A DNA stretch of 48,487 bases from the NCBI GenBank assembly GCA_031554355.1, contig JAVBVJ010000035.1, positions 1-48,487 of the forward strand, written 5' to 3'. Every line of letters starts with the position of its first letter. Within the stretch, counting starts at the first letter, position 1. Shown piece by piece: positions 9,147 through 17,471 of the stretch. The DNA comes from Oscillospiraceae bacterium (GTDB taxonomy: Bacteria; Bacillota; Clostridia; Oscillospirales; Ruminococcaceae). The position numbers were made by a program, and so were the translations under genes. The notes beneath the pieces were generated by a model that made no database searches, had not been told where the DNA came from, and was given only the letters and a program-made list of their open reading frames with translations.

Positions 9147-10205
9147 TTGCGCTATTCCATAAAACGAGTGGTTCTGCTGGGGCTGATGATCGCGCTCGAG
9201 ATCGTGCTGTCGCGGTTTCTGGCGATCTCCACCAGTTATTTTAAAATCAGTTTGGCGTTCCTGCCCGTCGTTCTGGCGGGGATGCTGTACGGGCCGTGGT
9301 GGGGTGGCGCTGCTGCCGCGGCGGCCGACCTCATCGGCGCGCTGCTGTTTCCGATCGGGCCGTACTTTCCCGGCTTCACGCTGACGGCGTTTCTGCGCGG
9401 CATGACGTACGGCCTGTTCTTTTACCGCCGGAATTTCCGCATGTCGCGGGTCAACGCGGCGGTCGCGATTGTGTGTATCCTGTTGCAATTCGGCGCAGAC
9501 ACCTACTGGCTCTACCTCATTATGGGCAGCGGCGTCGCCGCCTATATCCCGACCCGCGCGCTGACGAACGGCGTCCTGCTGGTCGTACAGGCCGTCGTCA
9601 TCTCGGTCGTCTTTCGGGTCGGCCAACCCGCGATCCGAAAGGTGTACGGCGAGCAGTTGGATCTGTACCGGAAAAAGGCGCTGCAGCTGTTCCCGGGCGA
9701 CGGGACGCTGCGCCGGACGGTCAGCGACGGTATCGTCGCGCGGGTGCAAACCCTGTCGGAATACCAGCAGGCGGCCACCGTTTTTTGCTTCGTTGGAACG
9801 CTGCGCGAGATCGACACCGAACCGATCCTTCGAGACGCGTTGTCGAGCGGAAAGCGCGTCTGTGTGCCGCGCTGCGAGGCGGACAGCGTCATGACGGCGC
9901 GGGAGATCCGCAGCCTTGACGACCTGCGGTCTACGGGCTCGTTCGGCATCCGGGAACCCGACGCCGACACGGCGGTCGTGCCGCCCGAAGAGATCGGCCT
10001 CGCGCTGATTCCCTGTTCCGCCGCGGATCTGCGCGGCAACCGCATCGGCAAGGGCGGCGGGTACTACGACCGCTATCTTGCGGACACGGCGATGGTTAAG
10101 CTGACGCTCTGCCCCGAGGCGCTGCTGCAGCGCAAACTGTGGCCGCAGCCGTACGACATCGCGACCGACCTCGTCGTCACCGAGCGGCGGCTGTTGAAAC
10201 GATAG
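9147..10205 (+). CDS. Fusion protein: ECF-transporter folate S-component (FolT-like) + 5-formyltetrahydrofolate cyclo-ligase
   Basis: TTG start 1 nt after the folC stop. Residues about 1-165 are 5-6 TM helices resembling the FolT family. Residues about 170-352 carry 5-FCL/MTHFS hallmarks (GIREP, GKGGGYYDRYL). One uninterrupted frame. Confidence 0.8.
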   Translation: MRYSIKRVVLLGLMIALEIVLSRFLAISTSYFKISLAFLPVVLAGMLYGPWWGGAAAAAADLIGALLFPIGPYFPGFTLTAFLRGMTYGLFFYRRNFRMSRVNAAVAIVCILLQFGADTYWLYLIMGSGVAAYIPTRALTNGVLLVVQAVVISVVFRVGQPAIRKVYGEQLDLYRKKALQLFPGDGTLRRTVSDGIVARVQTLSEYQQAATVFCFVGTLREIDTEPILRDALSSGKRVCVPRCEADSVMTAREIRSLDDLRSTGSFGIREPDADTAVVPPEEIGLALIPCSAADLRGNRIGKGGGYYDRYLADTAMVKLTLCPEALLQRKLWPQPYDIATDLVVTERRLLKR

Positions 10206-10262
10206 CATCAAAAAAGGAAGGCAGCGTTCGCTGCCTTCCTTTTTTATAAGATTATTATGGGT

Positions 10263-12614
10263 TTATCCGCACTTGGAATATCCGCAGCTGCGGCAGATCA
10301 TACAGCCGCCCTCGTGCTCCACCTTGCCGCCACACTCGGGGCAGGTGCCGCCGGTCGGCGCCGGGTCGGCCTCGCGGACGGGGTTTGGGCCGTCGGGTTC
10401 GCGCGGGGGAATCGGGGTGCCGCCCTCGCGGTAGGGGGGCAGCGGCCGCTCCTTTGTCAGCGGTTCCGGCGACAGCAGCGCCGCCGGGTTGTGGCCCCGC
10501 TCCTCGAGGAAGTTGTTGACCTTCATCACGACCTTGGCGATCGCGTCGGGGCAGGAGGTACAGCTCATGCCGCTCTGCCGGATCGTCGAGGGGCAGCGGA
10601 TCCCTTTCAGCTGGTTACAGATCTCGTTGACCGACATGCCGCTGCGCAGCGCGACGCTGCACAGCCGCGCGGTCGCCTCGCTCTGGCTCGGGCATCCGCC
10701 GGCCTTGCCGGTCGAGGTAAAGACCTCGCAGATGCCGTTCTCGTCGTAGTTGACGGTGACGTAGAGGTTGCCGCACCCGATCTTCATGCGCTCGGTGACG
10801 CCGGACGTGATCATGGGGCGGGGACGCGGCACGATCTGGCCGTAGACCTGCGCCGGCGGCGCGGGTTCGGCGTCTGCGGGTTCTTCGGCGGCGCTGTCCT
10901 TCGTGCCGATGCTCAGCACCTGCGCGTCGCGGCTGCCGTCCCGGTAGATCGTGACGCCCTTGCAGCCCTCGGTAAAGGCGAGGTCGAAAACCTCGGCGAC
11001 ATCGTCGCGGGTCGCCTCGTTCGGGAAGTTGACGGTCTTGGAGACCGCGTTGTCGGTGTGCCGCTGGAACGCCGACTGCATGCGGATATGGTACATCGGG
11101 TTGACGTCGTGGGCGCACACAAAAACCTCGCGGATCGACAGCGGGATCTCCTCGATCTTGTGGATCGAGCCCTCCGTCGCGATCTTTTGCAGAATCTCGT
11201 TGGTCAGCAGACCGGCTTCCTGCAGCTTTGCCTCCAGGATGGCGTTGGTCTCGTACATCTCGGTGCCGTCCATGATGTTGCGCGTAAAGACGTAGGCGAA
11301 CACCGGCTCGACGCCCGACGAGCAGTTCGCGATGATCGAGAGCGTCCCGGTCGGCGCGATGGTCGTGACGGTCGCGTTGCGCATCGGCGGGCCGTCCTTG
11401 TAGATGGATTCTGCGAACAGCGGGAAGGGGCCGCGCCGCTCGGCGAGGTACTGGGACATGCGGTGTCCCTCGGTGTTGATGTAACCCATCACACGCTCGG
11501 CGAGATCAAGGGCCTCCTCGCTGTTGTAGGGGATGTTCATCAGGAGCAGCATGTCCGCCCAGCCCATCACGCCCAACCCGATCTTGCGGGTCGCGGCGGT
11601 GGTCTTCGCGATGATCTCGAGCGGGTAGTTGTTGACGTCGATGACGTTGTCGAGGAAATGGACCGCGGATTTCACGGTCGCCGACAGCAGTTTCCAGTCG
11701 ATGTCCCAGCCGCGCTCGGTGCGCTGCAGCACCTTGACCAAGTTGATGCTGCCGAGATTGCAGCTCTCGTAGGGCAGCAGCGGCTGCTCGCCGCAGGGGT
11801 TGGTCGATTCGATCTCGCCCTGCCCGGGCACGACGTTGTCTTTATTGAGCCGGTCGAGGAAGATGATGCCGGGCTCGCCGTTGCGCCACGCCGCGTCGAT
11901 GATGAGATCGTAGATCTCGCGGGCGTTCAATTTGCCGACCGGTTCCTTCGTGTGCGGGTCGATGAGGTCGTAGTCCTCGCCGGCCTTCGCGGCCTCGATA
12001 AAGGTCTCGGTGATGCCGACCGAGATGTTGAAGTTCGTGATGTCGGCGTTGTTCTTTTTGCAGTCGATGAACTCTAAAATATCGGGGTGGTCGATGCGCA
12101 GGATGCCCATGTTGGCGCCGCGGCGCGTGCCGCCCTGCTTGACCGCTTCGGTCGCCATATTGAAGACGCGCATAAAGCTGATGGGCCCCGAGGCGACGCC
12201 GCCGGTCGAGTTGACGGTCGACCCGTTGGCGCGCAGGCGCGAGAAAGAGAAGCCGGTTCCGCCGCCCGATTTATGGATCAGCGCCGCGTTCTTCACGGTC
12301 TCGAAGATGGCCTCCATGCTGTCCTCGATGGGCAGCACAAAACAGGCCGAGAGCTGCCCCAGCGGCCTGCCCGCGTTCATCAGCGTCGGCGAGTTGGGCA
12401 GGAACCGCAGGTCGGTCATCAGACTGTAGAAGCTGTCCTCGATCGCCTCGATGTTCGCGTCTTCGTTATATTTCCGGTCGGCCTGCGCGATGTTCCGCGC
12501 GACGCGCCGAAAGAGCCCCTCGATGGTTTCCACCAGATTTCCGCTTGCGTCCCGCTCGAGATAGCGGCGCTCCAGCACGATTCTTGCGTTTTCGCTGATG
12601 TCCGATAATGACAT
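10263..12614 (-). CDS. nrdJ: Adenosylcobalamin-dependent (class II) ribonucleotide reductase
   Basis: 783 aa. N-terminus RIVLERRYL, catalytic core (NPCGEQPL), a TSCPD segment (CTSCPDAI) and a C-terminal CPECGG...CRSCG Zn-ribbon. Confidence 0.9.
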   Translation of the reverse strand: MSLSDISENARIVLERRYLERDASGNLVETIEGLFRRVARNIAQADRKYNEDANIEAIEDSFYSLMTDLRFLPNSPTLMNAGRPLGQLSACFVLPIEDSMEAIFETVKNAALIHKSGGGTGFSFSRLRANGSTVNSTGGVASGPISFMRVFNMATEAVKQGGTRRGANMGILRIDHPDILEFIDCKKNNADITNFNISVGITETFIEAAKAGEDYDLIDPHTKEPVGKLNAREIYDLIIDAAWRNGEPGIIFLDRLNKDNVVPGQGEIESTNPCGEQPLLPYESCNLGSINLVKVLQRTERGWDIDWKLLSATVKSAVHFLDNVIDVNNYPLEIIAKTTAATRKIGLGVMGWADMLLLMNIPYNSEEALDLAERVMGYINTEGHRMSQYLAERRGPFPLFAESIYKDGPPMRNATVTTIAPTGTLSIIANCSSGVEPVFAYVFTRNIMDGTEMYETNAILEAKLQEAGLLTNEILQKIATEGSIHKIEEIPLSIREVFVCAHDVNPMYHIRMQSAFQRHTDNAVSKTVNFPNEATRDDVAEVFDLAFTEGCKGVTIYRDGSRDAQVLSIGTKDSAAEEPADAEPAPPAQVYGQIVPRPRPMITSGVTERMKIGCGNLYVTVNYDENGICEVFTSTGKAGGCPSQSEATARLCSVALRSGMSVNEICNQLKGIRCPSTIRQSGMSCTSCPDAIAKVVMKVNNFLEERGHNPAALLSPEPLTKERPLPPYREGGTPIPPREPDGPNPVREADPAPTGGTCPECGGKVEHEGGCMICRSCGYSKCG

Positions 12615-12621
12615 AATGACC

Positions 12622-12675
12622 CTCTCTGTGATAGTGATGTTCTTCTAATTTATCACTATATGTTGTATAAGTCAA
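12622..12675 (-). promoter_or_regulatory. nrdJ promoter with candidate NrdR boxes
   Basis: On the - strand: TTGACT (12670-12675), 17 nt, TAAATT (12647-12652). The spacer (12653-12668) matches the NrdR-box consensus acaCwAtATaTwGtgt at about 12/16. A weaker half-site, CACTAT (12622-12637), lies 31 bp away centre to centre. Confidence 0.45.
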
Positions 12676-12725
12676 TAATAATTATAACCAAATGTACGCA
12701 AAACAGCAAAAAACAGCGACTTTTG

Positions 12726-12754
12726 CAAAAAGAAAAGCGCGCCGTGCGGCGCGC
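12726..12754 (-). terminator. Intrinsic terminator after the VOC gene
   Basis: Stem gcgcgcc/ggcgcgc, followed on the - strand by ttttcttttt. Confidence 0.7.
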
Positions 12755-12769
12755 AAGGATTTGAGGCAC

Positions 12770-13135
12770 TTATTTGCGCTCCGGCAGGATCTCGATCCAG
12801 TAGCCGTCGGGGTCCTCGATGCAGTAGAGCCCCATGGCCGTGTTCTCATAGCAGATGCAGCCCATGGCCTCGTGGCGCGCGTGCGCCGCGTCGTAATCGG
12901 CGGCGACAAGGCAGGTGTGGCTCTCGTTCTCGCCGAGATCGTAGGGCTGCGGGTGGTCTTTCAGGCAGGTCAGCTCGAGGCGCCAGTCCGTCGTGCCGTC
13001 GCCCAGAAAGACGAGCGTAAAGTCGGGCGACTCCTTGCGGCGCATCTCGACGAGACCGAGCGCGTCGGCGTAGAACTTCAGCGATTTTTCGAGATCGGCG
13101 ACATTGATATTGTTGTGCGCAAAACGGAACATCAT
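12770..13135 (-). CDS. VOC/glyoxalase-family protein (lactoylglutathione-lyase-like)
   Basis: 121 aa. FAHNNINVADLEKSLKFY... is typical of glyoxalase I/VOC beta-alpha-beta-beta-beta modules. Confidence 0.8.
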   Translation of the reverse strand: MMFRFAHNNINVADLEKSLKFYADALGLVEMRRKESPDFTLVFLGDGTTDWRLELTCLKDHPQPYDLGENESHTCLVAADYDAAHARHEAMGCICYENTAMGLYCIEDPDGYWIEILPERK

Positions 13136-13152
13136 ACTTCCTCCCGAAGATA

Positions 13153-13860
13153 TTAATAGAATAGGCGGCGGCGGATACTGTCCTTAATTTTCTGGTGGCG
13201 CTCGGTAAAAATCAGCATGACGCTGATGATGAGGCAGGGCGCCAACGCGATCAGCGACCAGTCGGGCGCGAGCGGCAGGCCGTGGTGCGCGTCGAGCGTG
13301 ACGTTGATGGCGACGCAGAGAATGCCGAACGACGCGAGGATAGCCGCGGCCTTGAACAGCAGCGGGTAGTCCTTCAGCCGCAGCATAAACACGATGATAC
13401 CGGCGACGGCAAAGACGCTGGTGGCGATGGGCAGCGCGAGCGGCACAAACCACGTCGCGGTCTCGGAGTAGTAGTTGAGCGACCACAGAAACAGCAGCAC
13501 CATCGCGTAGTCGAGTCCGAGGAACAGCAGCGGAATCGGCTTCTTGAACAGCAGCGGAAACAGCACCAGCACAAAGACGACCATACAGGAACCGATGACG
13601 TAGGCCGACCAGCTGATGCGGAAATCGGTCATCAGGTTGATGATCAATGTGACGATCGAGGGGATCAGCAGGAACAGCGAGGCGAGCCAGACACCGAACT
13701 TGCGCTCGACGTGGGTGACGACCTTGTCGACGCGGTGGGGATACGGGTAGGTCTCGGGGTCGCGCCACGGATCCTTCGGGTTGAGCACCTCGACGTCGCA
13801 GAGCGGACAATTTTTTTCGGACGGCGCCAGCTCGACGCCGCAGTTGACACAATATGACAT
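13153..13860 (-). CDS. Zinc-ribbon membrane protein (DUF6320-like)
   Basis: N-terminal CVNCG-N10-CPLC zinc ribbon followed by about 5 TM helices. The ATG overlaps the stop of the upstream acyltransferase by 1 nt (TGATG). Confidence 0.7.
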   Translation of the reverse strand: MSYCVNCGVELAPSEKNCPLCDVEVLNPKDPWRDPETYPYPHRVDKVVTHVERKFGVWLASLFLLIPSIVTLIINLMTDFRISWSAYVIGSCMVVFVLVLFPLLFKKPIPLLFLGLDYAMVLLFLWSLNYYSETATWFVPLALPIATSVFAVAGIIVFMLRLKDYPLLFKAAAILASFGILCVAINVTLDAHHGLPLAPDWSLIALAPCLIISVMLIFTERHQKIKDSIRRRLFY

Positions 13861-15161
13861 CAGTACCTCCGGTTGCTCTCGATCCGCACCGGCACGCCGT
13901 CTTTGACCAGCGCGGTGAAGAAGTTGCGCTGAACGGCGGTCGAGTTGATCGTGCTGGTAAAGGTGAAGACCATTTTATTATTGCAGGTGACGCAGGCGCT
14001 GGCCACGGGATTGTAGCGCAGCGGGCCGAGGATAAAATCCATCCGGTCGACGTAGGGCGCAATCTCGTCGGGCAGTTTCACCAACCCGAGGTTGGACAGC
14101 GTGGTGGACGAGACGCGGTCGCCGTTCATCCAATGCGCGATGCGCAGCGTCGGATTCTTTAAGAACAGCGGGATCAGGCGGATGAGGTTGCTGCGCTGGT
14201 CGCTGACGTTTTTCGAGAAGCGGGCGTTGATGAGCTTCTCGTCGGTGTCCAGCCCCATGAGGTGCTTGATGCGATTCGCGGCCTGTTCGATCGTGTACTC
14301 GCCGTAGATCGGCAGAATGCCGGGATTGACGAAGGAGGAGAAGTTGCGCAGCGTCTTGGAGGGGTAGTATTTTCGCAGATTGACGGGCACCGCGACTTTC
14401 ACCTTTTGATTGCGGCGGCGCCTGCTGATCTCGGTCTTCTGGACGTCGCGGATCGCGAGAATCAGGCGTGCGACGAGGTACTCCGTCACAGTGACGTTGT
14501 ATCTCTTTGCGACGTCGCGGATCCTGTCGGCGGGGATGATGCCCGCGATAATCAGGCTGTGCTCGGCGTCGTCGTCCGGGCTGCGCAGGTGGTAGGCCGA
14601 CATCTCGTTGCGCGGCAGCGTGGCCTTGCGCGCGTACTTCGAGAAGCTGTCCTCGGTCTCGCCGGGATCGGCGCTCTCGGTGCAGTCCAGAATATCGCCG
14701 CCCCGCGGGATCGTGATGCCGTAGCGCAGCGTCAGGTACTCGGCGATCAGCGTCTTTAAAAAGCAGAGGCCGCCGGTGCCGTCGGTCAGCACATGAAAGA
14801 ACTCCAGCGCGATTCGGTTGTCGTGGTACCGGATGCGGAACAGGTAGCCCTGCTCGTTCTTGGTGTCGATGGGGGTGCAGGGGTTCGCGACGTCGCGCAG
14901 CACGGGCGGCACGTCGTCGATCTCCTCCAGAAAGTACCAGAAAAAGCCGCGGCGCAGGCGCAGCGCTATCAGCGGAAAGCGCTTGATGGTGACGCGCACG
15001 GCGGCCTCTAAGATTTTGGGATCGACGGGCTCGCTGAGCTGGGCGGACAGCCGGAAAATGGCCGACCAACGGCGCGACATCGAGGAGGGGTAGATCAGCG
15101 CGGCGTTGTCGAGCCGGTACCAGCTGCGCTCCGCGCTGCTTTGCGTCGGGGAAGGGGTCAT
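13860..15161 (-). CDS. Condensation/AATase-like acyltransferase (HxxxDG superfamily, WS-DGAT/PapA5-like)
   Basis: Start taken at the ATG 15159-15161 (MTPSPTQSSAERSWYRLDNAALIYP). The upstream part of the track ORF is Arg-rich overlap with the esterase gene. The catalytic-type motif FHVLTDGTGG is present. No TM segment or signal peptide. Confidence 0.7.
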   Translation of the reverse strand: MTPSPTQSSAERSWYRLDNAALIYPSSMSRRWSAIFRLSAQLSEPVDPKILEAAVRVTIKRFPLIALRLRRGFFWYFLEEIDDVPPVLRDVANPCTPIDTKNEQGYLFRIRYHDNRIALEFFHVLTDGTGGLCFLKTLIAEYLTLRYGITIPRGGDILDCTESADPGETEDSFSKYARKATLPRNEMSAYHLRSPDDDAEHSLIIAGIIPADRIRDVAKRYNVTVTEYLVARLILAIRDVQKTEISRRRRNQKVKVAVPVNLRKYYPSKTLRNFSSFVNPGILPIYGEYTIEQAANRIKHLMGLDTDEKLINARFSKNVSDQRSNLIRLIPLFLKNPTLRIAHWMNGDRVSSTTLSNLGLVKLPDEIAPYVDRMDFILGPLRYNPVASACVTCNNKMVFTFTSTINSTAVQRNFFTALVKDGVPVRIESNRRY

Positions 15162-16060
15162 GGTTCCTCCGGTTCGGGAAGAGATTCGGTTAAGAAATCG
15201 GCGATCCGCGCCACGGCCTCGCGGCCCTCGGGGGTGCCGTAGATCACAAAGACGTGCCACATCTCGTCGACGACGTGCAGCTCGCAGGGGACGCCGGCGT
15301 CGGTCAGCTTCTCCGAGATGTCGACCGAGTCGTCCATCAGCATCTCGTGGGTTCCGGCAAAGATCAGCACGGGCGGAAAACCGCCGAAATCGCCGTTGAT
15401 GGGTGAGATAAACGGGTTTAGCAGATCGCCGCCGCTGTAGAACTGCGCCGATTTCAGCAGCGCGTCGCGGTCGAGGCAGGGGTCGATTTCGGCGCGGGAG
15501 ATAAAGGATTCGGCCGTGCAGCTCAGGTCGACCCACGGCGACAATGTGACCAGACAGTAGGGCATCGGCAGCCCGAGCTCCCGGATTTTCAGTGTCAGCG
15601 CCAAGGTCAACCCGCCGCCCGCCGACTCGCCGACGATCGCGACCGGCTGATTCGGATAGCGCGCCAGCACGCATTTATAGGCGGACAGCGCATCGTCCAG
15701 CGCGGCCGGGAACGGATGCTCCGGCGCAAGGCGGTAGCCGATGCACAATGTGCTGCGCCCGCAGGCATCGGCGATCACCCCGCCGAACCCTTTCGCGTAA
15801 TGCAGCGAGCCCGCGGTGTAGGAGCCGCCGTGCAGATACAGCACCGGCTCGGGCTTCGCCGGCTCGACCGGATGCGCCCAGTCGGCCTCGAAAGTGTCGA
15901 ACAGCTCCGGCACATAGTTGACGCGGTTGTGCAATACTCGGGCGCCCAGTTCGCCGAACGCGTCCTGCGCGCGGCGCGCGCCCTCGATATCGATCCATTG
16001 AGAGAGCGGTTTGAGCAGCCTCAGTTGACGCCGCAGCAATTCACTGACAGTAGAAGCCAT
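15158..16060 (-). CDS. Alpha/beta-hydrolase fold-3 esterase/lipase (hormone-sensitive-lipase family)
   Basis: LHGGSY oxyanion motif, GESAGG nucleophile elbow and a C-terminal DEMWHVF His motif. The stop overlaps the acyltransferase ATG (ATGA). Confidence 0.85.
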   Translation of the reverse strand: MASTVSELLRRQLRLLKPLSQWIDIEGARRAQDAFGELGARVLHNRVNYVPELFDTFEADWAHPVEPAKPEPVLYLHGGSYTAGSLHYAKGFGGVIADACGRSTLCIGYRLAPEHPFPAALDDALSAYKCVLARYPNQPVAIVGESAGGGLTLALTLKIRELGLPMPYCLVTLSPWVDLSCTAESFISRAEIDPCLDRDALLKSAQFYSGGDLLNPFISPINGDFGGFPPVLIFAGTHEMLMDDSVDISEKLTDAGVPCELHVVDEMWHVFVIYGTPEGREAVARIADFLTESLPEPEEP

Positions 16061-16439
16061 GATTTACCCCGTTCCTTTATTTTTACCATCTTACCATGAA
16101 TATAAGATGAAATAAAGATGAAAAACAACTAATAGCAATAATTATAATAAAATATACAAAACGGAATCAACACAACAGACACAGATCGCCGCGCAGACCG
16201 GCTCGCGTATATAGAAAGCATCAATCAAGTATAATACAAATAGTAATAATGGCGCTACAATATACAATAATACAATATCCGTCGCACGGATAAGATTTAA
16301 ACAAAATAAAAAATACAAAAAGTAGTAATAACACGAAAAGTACTAATTGTATTTTTTGGAGCTTTAGTCAATGAAATAGAGATAAAATACAATACGTATA
16401 ATAAGACAACAATATACCATCAGAAATAAAAAAACCGCG
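16061..16439. other. AT-rich noncoding region dense in ATACAA/ACAATA repeats (likely regulatory region of the esterase operon)
   Basis: No ORF of 60 aa or more. ATACAA occurs at 16154, 16234, 16262, 16270, 16313 and 16387. A triple tandem ACAATA lies at 16257-16277. A ~20-nt motif ATACAAA..TAGTAATAA occurs at 16234-16250 and 16313-16331. The composition contrasts strongly with the GC-rich flanks. Confidence 0.5.
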
Positions 16440-16934
16440 CTAATCTTTCACGTCCCGTTCCAGCCGGTAGTACCGGAAGTCGGCGTCCGCGTGCGTCGGC
16501 ACAAAACCGGCGCGCTCCAGCACATGCTGGCTGCGGGTGTTCCGCAGCACGGTGTCGGCAAACAGCGTCTTGAGGTTCAGCGTGTCGAACACATAGCGCT
16601 TCAGCAGCGCGATGGCCTCGGCGCCGTAGCCGCGGCCCTTGACCGCGTCGTCGGTCAGCGCGATGCCGAAATCCGACGTCCGGTTGTCGAAATCGAGGTG
16701 CTTCAGGTAGATCTGGCCGATCACCGCGCCGTCGCGCAGAATCGCGAAATAGCGCCGCGTCGGGTCCGCCGTCCGCTCGTTGAACGCGCGCTCGACCCGG
16801 TCGAACTCGTAGACAAAGGGGGCGGCGTCCATCATGGGGTCGGCAACATACTGCCGGAAATATGCGTGCCAGCGCGCGTTCGTGCATGTCGCAAGATCGA
16901 TGTTCGCGCCGTGCAGCACCGTTTCGGAGCGCAT
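16440..16934 (-). CDS. GNAT-family N-acetyltransferase (RimJ/RimL-like)
   Basis: 164 aa with a GNAT core (QIYLKHLD..., KGRGYGAEAIALL acetyl-CoA-binding segment). GAGGTG RBS. Confidence 0.8.
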   Translation of the reverse strand: MRSETVLHGANIDLATCTNARWHAYFRQYVADPMMDAAPFVYEFDRVERAFNERTADPTRRYFAILRDGAVIGQIYLKHLDFDNRTSDFGIALTDDAVKGRGYGAEAIALLKRYVFDTLNLKTLFADTVLRNTRSQHVLERAGFVPTHADADFRYYRLERDVKD

Positions 16935-16963
16935 AGGTTCACCTCGCCGTCTGTTTTATTGCA

Positions 16964-16993
16964 TTAAAAAAAGCTGCTGCAGAAGCAGCAGCT
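16964..16993 (-). terminator. Intrinsic terminator of the cold-shock gene
   Basis: Stem gctgctgc/gcagcagc with an agaa loop, followed on the - strand by a T7 run. Confidence 0.85.
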
Positions 16994-17001
16994 GATCGTT
17001 C

Positions 17002-17214
17002 TTATACTGGGGTGACGTTGACAGCGCGCAGCTTGCCGCTGTTCTTCGGATCAACCTCGGTTTCGAACGTGACTTTCTGTCCTTCGTTCAGGGACTTAAA
17101 ACCGTCGGTGTTGATGGCAGAGAAATGTACGAAAACATCTTCGCCGCCTTCATCGTTGGAGATGAAGCCAAAACCTTTCTGTGCATTGAACCATTTGACT
17201 GTGCCGTTGTACAT
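17002..17214 (-). CDS. Cold-shock protein (CspA family)
   Basis: 70 aa from the ATG at 17212-17214 ([18 protein letters not shown]...VFVHFSAI), with the RNP1 and RNP2 motifs. GGAGG RBS. The track ORF's 22-aa N-terminal extension is rejected. Confidence 0.95.
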   Translation of the reverse strand: MYNGTVKWFNAQKGFGFISNDEGGEDVFVHFSAINTDGFKSLNEGQKVTFETEVDPKNSGKLRAVNVTPV

Positions 17215-17343
17215 GTAGAACCTCCGAAAAAAATAATGTGTATCAGCGCAACAAAAGCCCGAGCTTCTGCCAACCATCAATGACCCCTAGATGGCCAGCA
17301 AGAACGCGAGCACAGATCTATAGTTCATCTCCGATACTGCTGT

Positions 17344-17372
17344 ATTATAACACGTCGTTTTACCGTTGTAAA
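17344..17372 (-). promoter_or_regulatory. Promoter of the cold-shock gene
   Basis: On the - strand: TTTACA, 17 nt, TGtTATAAT (extended -10). This leaves a ~120-nt 5' UTR, which is typical of csp genes. Confidence 0.65.
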
Positions 17373-17413
17373 GTATAAAATCAAAGAAATTATAGGATTT
17401 TTGCGGGTTTTAT

Positions 17414-17442
17414 TTGATTATAAATATAAAATGGGTTAGAAT
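17414..17442 (+). promoter_or_regulatory. Promoter of trkA-trkH
   Basis: TTGATT (17414-17419), 17 nt, TAGAAT (17437-17442), 30 nt upstream of the trkA ATG. Confidence 0.6.
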
Positions 17443-17471
17443 GATGGGGTATTGCTTTTGAGGGTGGAATT

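Noticed and set aside
8454-10211. 585-aa - strand ORF across folC and the folT fusion
   Set aside because: Extremely Arg/Pro-rich translation. It lies antisense to two well-supported genes.
10257-12077. 606-aa + strand ORF opposite nrdJ
   Set aside because: Shadow ORF. nrdJ on the - strand has diagnostic motifs end to end.
12615-12769. Cobalamin riboswitch upstream of the B12-dependent nrdJ
   Set aside because: Only about 25-30 nt of leader remains after the predicted promoter, and no B12-box-like sequence is present.
16085-16440. Small ORFs or an origin-like function in the AT-rich region
   Set aside because: The short ORFs of 18-30 codons lack RBSs and have implausible composition. No DnaA-box (TTATCCACA-like) sequences were seen.
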